The notes under the pieces were generated by a model. The model did not search any database. It was given only the letters and a program-made list of their open reading frames with translations, and was not told where the DNA came from. Positions 56,841-64,000 of a stretch of DNA of 64,000 bases are shown in pieces. This DNA comes from Eledone cirrhosa (Eukaryota). The position numbers and the translations under genes were made by a program. The DNA lies in the NCBI GenBank assembly GCA_964016885.1, contig OZ024765.1:930001-994000 (forward strand), given 5' to 3'. How positions within the stretch are numbered: position 1 is the stretch's first letter; every line of letters starts with the position of its first letter.

Positions 56841-57570
56841 GTGTGTGTATATGTATATATATATATATATATAATGTATGTGTATAATGTATATGTAGTG
56901 TATATATGACTTGGAATGTCTCTGGTGCCAAGCTATATCATACAGTGTTTATATATACATATATATATATGTGTGTGTGTATATATATATTTACATGTTA
57001 TCCACTCGCCATTGAAATGGCAGGAGCTCAGCCGTGGGTCACTATCTTTTCATTATAGATACATAACATGCACATAGATGCCCCCCTACACACACACATA
57101 CACATACACACATTAAATCTATAAAATCAATCAAGAAAGAACAAAAAGGATAGATTGACAGATGGACATTATTGATCAGTGATTGGTGAATTTTGGTGGA
57201 GGGGGCTGGGGGGGGGTTATAGATGAATGTGACGTATTGATTGGTTGGTTTCTCAACAGATGGGCTTCATTGATTGGACAATGTGTATGTGGTGGTATTT
57301 TAGGTCAGTATGTTTATGTGTGTGTATATGTGAGTGTGTATGTGTGAGTGAGAGAGTGTGTGAATGTTTGTGTTTGAAGGTGTATATGTGTATGTGTAGG
57401 TGTGTATATGAAGGTGTATGTGTGTATATATATGTGTATGAATGTGTGTATGTGTAAGTGTGTATATAAGTGTGTATGTAATGGTACATTGTCAGCATGT
57501 TTATATATGTGCATATGTATATGTATTTATATATATGTGTGTGTGTGTGTGTATCTGTATGTATGTCAGC

Positions 57571-57618
<48 letters not shown>

Positions 57619-57852
57619 ATACGTATATGTATCTATCTATCTATCTATGCCTTGCTCATACTGAACTGTTTCTGGCAGGTTTCTACAGCTGGGTGCCCTT
57701 CCTAACATAAACTACATATAAAGTGTGGGCTGGGTGCTTTTTGCTGTGTCACCATCACAACCACTTTACAGTCTGGGCTGGTCACCACACTAGATGTATC
57801 TTGCAGCTTGTCCTTCTGAGAGAGACACACATATATATATATATATACACAC

Positions 57853-57883
<31 letters not shown>

Positions 57884-58142
57884 GATACACACACATACAT
57901 GTATAAATATATATATATATTTCGTTTCTGAATTTGTTTAGCAAGATTCTTTATCTGAAATCGTGTGTTGAAACCGATATTGTTATACTTTGGGAGGGTC
58001 ATGTTGCCAATAAGAAACACACGCACCAGTTGCTTTCACTTCAATTTATTATATATTTATAAATTTATAAATTTACAAATCTACAAACTTATAAATTTCT
58101 GGTTGGTTGGTTGGTTCTACAACCAGATAGTTGTTTATATAT

Positions 58143-58187
58143 AGTCATAGTCCTTTCGTCACACACTCTGTGACCTCTTCAGTGACT
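58143..58187 (-). ncRNA. Minimal type I hammerhead
   Basis: agtca-CTGAAGA-g-gtcaca gagtg tgtgac-GAAA-g ga c-TA-tgact. Confidence 0.8.
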
Positions 58188-58351
58188 GGGGATTCCTTTC
58201 TTTGTTTCTGTGCCTTTCCTTTCTTCTGTCCTACGCCATTTTGTTTCTGTGTGTGTGTTGTGTGCTCAGTTTGCACACAACACACACACAGAAACAAAAT
58301 GGCGTAGGACAGAACAAAGGAGAGGCACAGAAACAAAGAAAGGAATCCCCA

Positions 58352-58394
58352 GTCACTGAAGAGGTCACAGAGTGTGTGACGAAAGAACTATGAC
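58352..58394 (+). ncRNA. Minimal type I hammerhead (mirror copy)
   Basis: gtca-CTGAAGA-g-gtcaca gagtg tgtgac-GAAA-g aa c-TA-tgac. Confidence 0.78.
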
Positions 58395-58535
58395 AATATA
58401 TAAACAACTATCTGGTTGTAGAACCAACCAACCAACCAGAAATTTATAAATTTATTATAAATTTATTATAATAAATTGAAGTGAAAGCAACTGGTGCGTG
58501 TGTTTCTTATTGGCAACATGACCCTCCCAAAGTAT

Positions 58536-58574
<39 letters not shown>

Positions 58575-58575
58575 A

Positions 58576-58610
<35 letters not shown>

Positions 58611-59208
58611 CTATTTTTATCATATGTAACCCATGTGCAACCACACAGTATTCTTCTTTCTTCTCATGTTTTTTATATATATTTACCTCAGCTGCGTTTG
58701 TCTGTTTCTCTCTTACTGCTTCCCCGCTCTCTCTGTTTCTCTCACCTTCTTTCGCCCCTCTGTCAGTTACACTTTCTCTCGACTGACCTCTTCCTCGCGC
58801 TTCCACTCACTCACTCTCTGTTTCTCCCCTTCTCACTTCCTCCCGTTTGGCTTGTAGTGGGTTCTCTTCTTGCTCACATCTCACTCACGTCGGACGGTCT
58901 GTATCTCGATCGCTCATGAAATCCACCCAGCTTATGCTGACCGGATAACCATGTTGCTTGTTTATTCCTATCTTTGCGTTGCTTTCATCCTTCTATGTTG
59001 TTTACTTGTCTCACTCGCTTTACGCGATTTACTTGTGTCCCAATAGCTTTATTTAGCTATTGCTCGCACCAACTGGAGGTATATGATTTTTAATGCGATG
59101 AAATACCAATGAAGGTTGGAAAATCACTGACGAAGGACTATTTTTATCATATGTAACCCATGTGCAACCACGCAGTATTCTTCTTTCTTCTCATGTTTTT
59201 TATATATA
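58611..59208 (+). mobile_element. Partial-tandem non-coding element: 527-bp monomer with a terminal direct repeat of about 70 bp
   Basis: ctatttttatcatatgtaacccatgtgcaaccac...ctcatgtttttta occurs at 58611 and 59138. Relatives lie at 35222-35360 (+) and 54190-54350 (-). Confidence 0.75.
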
Positions 59209-59239
59209 TATATATATATTATACATATACAAACGTATT

Positions 59240-59322
<83 letters not shown>

Positions 59323-60174
59323 AGCAGACATCCCACTCTACCCATTACCCAGTAACATGAGCTATTTAAAGTGACCCACCCTGGTGTCTCATATATATAT
59401 ATATACACTCCCTGCTACATGGCCATCTACATCTACTCCACCACACCCTGAACTAATTCTACTCTCACACACACTGTCTGTGTGTTTATACATGTATGTA
59501 TGTATGTATGTATGTGCGTGTGTATATATATATATCAATATATCAAATGTCAGATCACTGTTGAGTCCTACTGGAAACATGTAACCCTGTCTCATGGTCC
59601 TGTCGTTGGTGACTAAACCGGCAACTCCACCAAGTTTACTTGGTGAGGAGGGTGATTTTGGACACCCTGCAGGACAAAAAACAAAACCTGACAAAGGGCG
59701 GAAGAACTCATAAGAGTCAATGACCATCCAAAAAATATGTAAAGATGCATATACACATGTACATATGGGTGTGTATATATATATAGTTTCCATTTATTAT
59801 TATATTGTGTATTTATAAACTAAACTACCTGTAATGCACTGGGTAATTGCTGGCCTTGTGCCTAAAGTAGAAACAATTATTATATTGTGTATTTACTCCA
59901 CTAACTGTTGAGTGCTTTATATCAGTTATAAAAATTGTTAAGCTTGTTGAATCCCAACAAATTAAATATAACCTCTGCATATATATATATATATATATAT
60001 ATATAAGAAAATCTGCTTCATAGAATCAAGACGTATCTGAGGAGCTTGCGGTTTTCAGAGTCAGGTTCGATCATCACATAGATCGTGCCTCGAGCTGGTT
60101 GAAGGAGAAACGATGTCCAATAAATTCCATTCATCGCTGATTCTCTTTTTTCTGTGATATATATATATTTATAG

Positions 60175-60672
60175 AAGGGTTTCTCCCTGCGTACGAAAGG
60201 CCGGTTGTATGATGCCTGTGTGAGGAGCGCGATGCTGCATGGTAGTGAGACATGGGCAGCAACTGCAGAGGATATGCGACGGCTGGAGAGAAATGAGGCA
60301 AGCATGCTCCATTGGATGTGCAGTGTAAATGTGCGTGAATGACTGAGCATGAATGTGTTGAGAGAAAAACTGTGTCTGAGAGGGATAGAATGTAGTGTAC
60401 GGGAGAGGAGACTGAGGTGGTATGGACATGTGATACGCATGGAGGATGACCGATGGGTGAAGAAGTGCCAGGAAATGCCAGTTGAAGGAAGACGTGGTAG
60501 AGGTAGACCACGAAAAACATGGGCGGAGGTGGTGAGAACAGACCTCAGATCATTGAAGCTCACGGCGGAGATGACGAGGGACCGTGACGAGTGGAGAGAT
60601 GCTGTGCTGAATAAGACCCGTCACACCCTTGCAAGCAGGGAAAAGCGGACGTAAAATGATGATGATGATGAT
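60175..60672 (+). pseudogene. RTE-clade LINE, 5'-truncated 3' end
   Basis: KGRLYDACVRSAMLHGSETW...RRLRWYGHVIRM...GRRGRGRPRKTW...ASREKRT* with one internal TGA (60340) and a (GAT)n tail. Confidence 0.93.
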
Positions 60673-60733
60673 GAGAAGAAGCCGTGAAGGGTGAAAGCAG
60701 CATTTCTTTGCTTAAACTTTAATCTGTTATTTT

Positions 60734-60773
<40 letters not shown>

Positions 60774-60775
60774 GT

Positions 60776-60806
<31 letters not shown>

Positions 60807-61563
60807 CTCTTTGTGTGTGTGTATATATATATATATATGTATGTGTGTTTGTGTGTGGATATAGATACACATGTGATTGCATGGGTATTTAAATTTCTGT
60901 AACTGATGCCCAATTTTTTATGCTAATTAGAATTATGCAGTTGGTTACCAATACACACACACACATAAACAAACATACACACACACACGTGTGTGTGTGT
61001 GTGTGTGTGTTTGTTTATGTGTGTATGTGTGTGTTTCTTTAACTAGCCAGCACTGAGAAAGCATTTAACTGAGATATGCCATACACACCCACCCTAAACA
61101 CGCATGAAATAAGTAAATGCTATATATATATATTGTCATAATTTGGGAGGGGCATGCTGCCAATAAATTCAAAATTATATATATGTATATGTACATATAT
61201 GTATATATATGTCTATGTATATATATGCATATATATGTGTATATATATGCATATATATGTATGTATATGTATGTATATATGTGTATATATGTCTATGTAT
61301 ATATATGTATGTATATGTATGTATGTATATATATGCATATATATGTATGTATATATGTGTATATATGTCTATGTATATATATATGTATGTATATGTATGT
61401 ATGTATATATATGCATATATATATATGTATGTATATATGTGTATATATGTCTATGTATATATATGTATGTATATGTATGTATATATATGCATATATATGT
61501 ATGTATATATGTGTATATATGTCTATGTATATATATGTATGTGTATGTATGTATATATATGTC

Positions 61564-61598
<35 letters not shown>

Positions 61599-61937
61599 GA
61601 CATGTATATTTAAAATATATGAAAGAACTAATTAGTTGGAGTGAAACTTAAGTAAGTAAGTTAATTATTATAATTTTCTTATTTTACGTCTTTCATATAT
61701 TGTTCTACATTTTGTATTGAACCACAAAGTTACTAAGACAAAACCTATATCTTGCTAGCATAAGTATACTTCTGTATAAATATGTTGGTAGATATACTAA
61801 TTCTTTATATATATATATATATATATATGTATATTGGTAGATATACTAATTCTTTATATATATATATATATATATATTGGTATATATACTAATTCTTTAT
61901 ATATATATATATATATATATTGGTATATATACTAATT

Positions 61938-62004
<67 letters not shown>

Positions 62005-62058
62005 TATATATACTAATTCTTTATATATATATATATATTGGTATATATACTAATTCTT

Positions 62059-62090
<32 letters not shown>

Positions 62091-62724
62091 TATACACCAA
62101 GCTGTAATTCAATATATTTATGAATGAATACAAAAGATTTAGGTCACAATTCAGATTTATTGGCCAAAGACCTTGATTTACTACACACATACACACTCTG
62201 TCTATGGCATATATATACACACACTCTGTCTATGGCATATATATACACACACTCTGACTATGACACATATACACACTCTCTCTGTATGACATATATATAC
62301 ACACTCTCTCTGAATGTCATATATATACACATTCTCTCTGAATGTCATATATATACACATTCTCTCTGAATGACATATATATATATACACTCTCTCTATG
62401 ATATATATATATACACTCTCTCTGACATATATACATACACACACACACACACACTCTGACATATATAGACACATACACACTCTCTGACACATACACACTT
62501 AGACAAAGACTTTGACACACACGTATTGACACACACGCGATCACAAGTAAACATTGTCACTCTATCTGACATATATATATATATATATACACACACATAC
62601 ATAGTCACATACACACATATAGACACACACAGACAGACACTCTGGAACATACACACATTCCGAATGCAAGCAGCCAAGAAGTGGTTCCATGTATGTGTGT
62701 ATATATATATATGTCTGTGTATGC

Positions 62725-62755
<31 letters not shown>

Positions 62756-62865
62756 TATATATGTATGTATACACATGAATATATGTGTACATAAATAAAT
62801 ATATACACACATACATACATATATACTTGGACATTAAACGATGATGATGACACACACACACACAG

Positions 62866-62900
<35 letters not shown>

Positions 62901-62903
<3 letters not shown>

Positions 62904-63154
62904 CCTTGAGCAAGACACTTTATTTCCCATTGCTCCAGTTTACTCAGCTGTAGAAATGAGATGATAGGGACTGGGGTCCCTATCATTCCACTACAAAGTG
63001 GTCGTGGAGGTGCCACAGCAAAAAAGCCCCCAGCACTCACTGTAAATGAGGTTGGTGTTAGGAAGGGCATCCAGCTGTAGAAATCAAGCCAGAATCAGTT
63101 CCCGTCCCACCCTTGCAAGCAGGGAAAAGCGGACGTAAAATGATGATGATGATG
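62901..63154 (+). mobile_element. SINE family B, 5'-truncated
   Basis: Starts at the ccttgagcaagacacttt core. The tail caccettgcaagcagggaaaagcggacgtaaaa(tga)n is identical to the RTE 3' end at 60625-60672. Confidence 0.9.
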
Positions 63155-63736
63155 ATATATATATAGCCCTTAACAGAAATAATTTTTCAGAGGTGTGATT
63201 ACTCTAAACTTAACGAGCTAATTAAATTTCTAATACAATTTCTAAAGACGACATTACTGTATAAACCAATTAATCAACAAAATTAATTAATACTAATAAA
63301 AATTTCGCAGAAATTTAAGTTTAAAATAAATAGTTAAATTCCTCTCAAATCTAACATAATTCCACTTAACTCTGGCTAATGGTTCTAGCTGGAATGTCTG
63401 TTTGTGTGTGTTTGTGTGTGTTTGTGTGTGTTTGTGTGTGTTTGTGTGAGTGTGTGTGTGTGTAAATTTGTATATATATGTATTTATTTATAAGTATAAA
63501 TATATATATATATGTATATATATATATATTTATATGTATATATATATTTATATGTTTATGTATATATATATGTATATATATGTATATATATATGTATATA
63601 TATATATGTATATATATATGTGTATGTATATATGTATGTGTATGTATATATGTATATATATGTATATGTATATATGTATATATATGTATATATGTATATA
63701 TATGTATATGTATATATGTATATGTATATGTATATA

Positions 63737-63769
<33 letters not shown>

Positions 63770-63780
63770 ATGTATATATG

Positions 63781-63835
<55 letters not shown>

Positions 63836-63917
63836 GTATATATATTTATATGTATATGTATATATGTGTATATATGTATATGTATATATGTATATATATG
63901 TATATATATGTATATGT

Positions 63918-63948
<31 letters not shown>

Positions 63949-64000
63949 CATATATACATACACATATATATATATTTATATATATGTATTTATATATATA

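Larger units (their letters stand above)
57977..58543. repeat. Near-perfect 570-bp foldback of a non-coding element
   Basis: Arms 57977-58265 and 58273-58543 around a 7-nt loop tcagttt. Mirrored ORFs 58145..58336(-) and 58202..58393(+). Confidence 0.95.

Overview
AT-rich, microsatellite-saturated metazoan DNA with no supportable host protein-coding gene. The SINE and LINE inventory suggests an octopus or other cephalopod genome (inference). Almost all ORFs in the track are translations of (TA)n, (CA)n, (CAC)n or satellite repeats. The real content is mobile elements: a decayed Penelope-like element (RT plus C-terminal GIY-YIG, Naiad-like) with an inverted terminal repeat, RTE-, CR1- and Tx1-like LINE fragments, two tRNA-derived SINE families, piggyBac-, mariner- and Helitron-type non-autonomous elements, and satellites derived from them. 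The main unannotated signal, found by hand-folding, is a dense set of type I hammerhead ribozyme motifs from about 10 unrelated short non-coding repeat families. About nine motifs have intact catalytic cores. They sit in TA tracts as partial-tandem or inverted copies, consistent with a retrozyme-like system that depends on Penelope-like elements. All folds and family assignments are manual and need computational and experimental confirmation.
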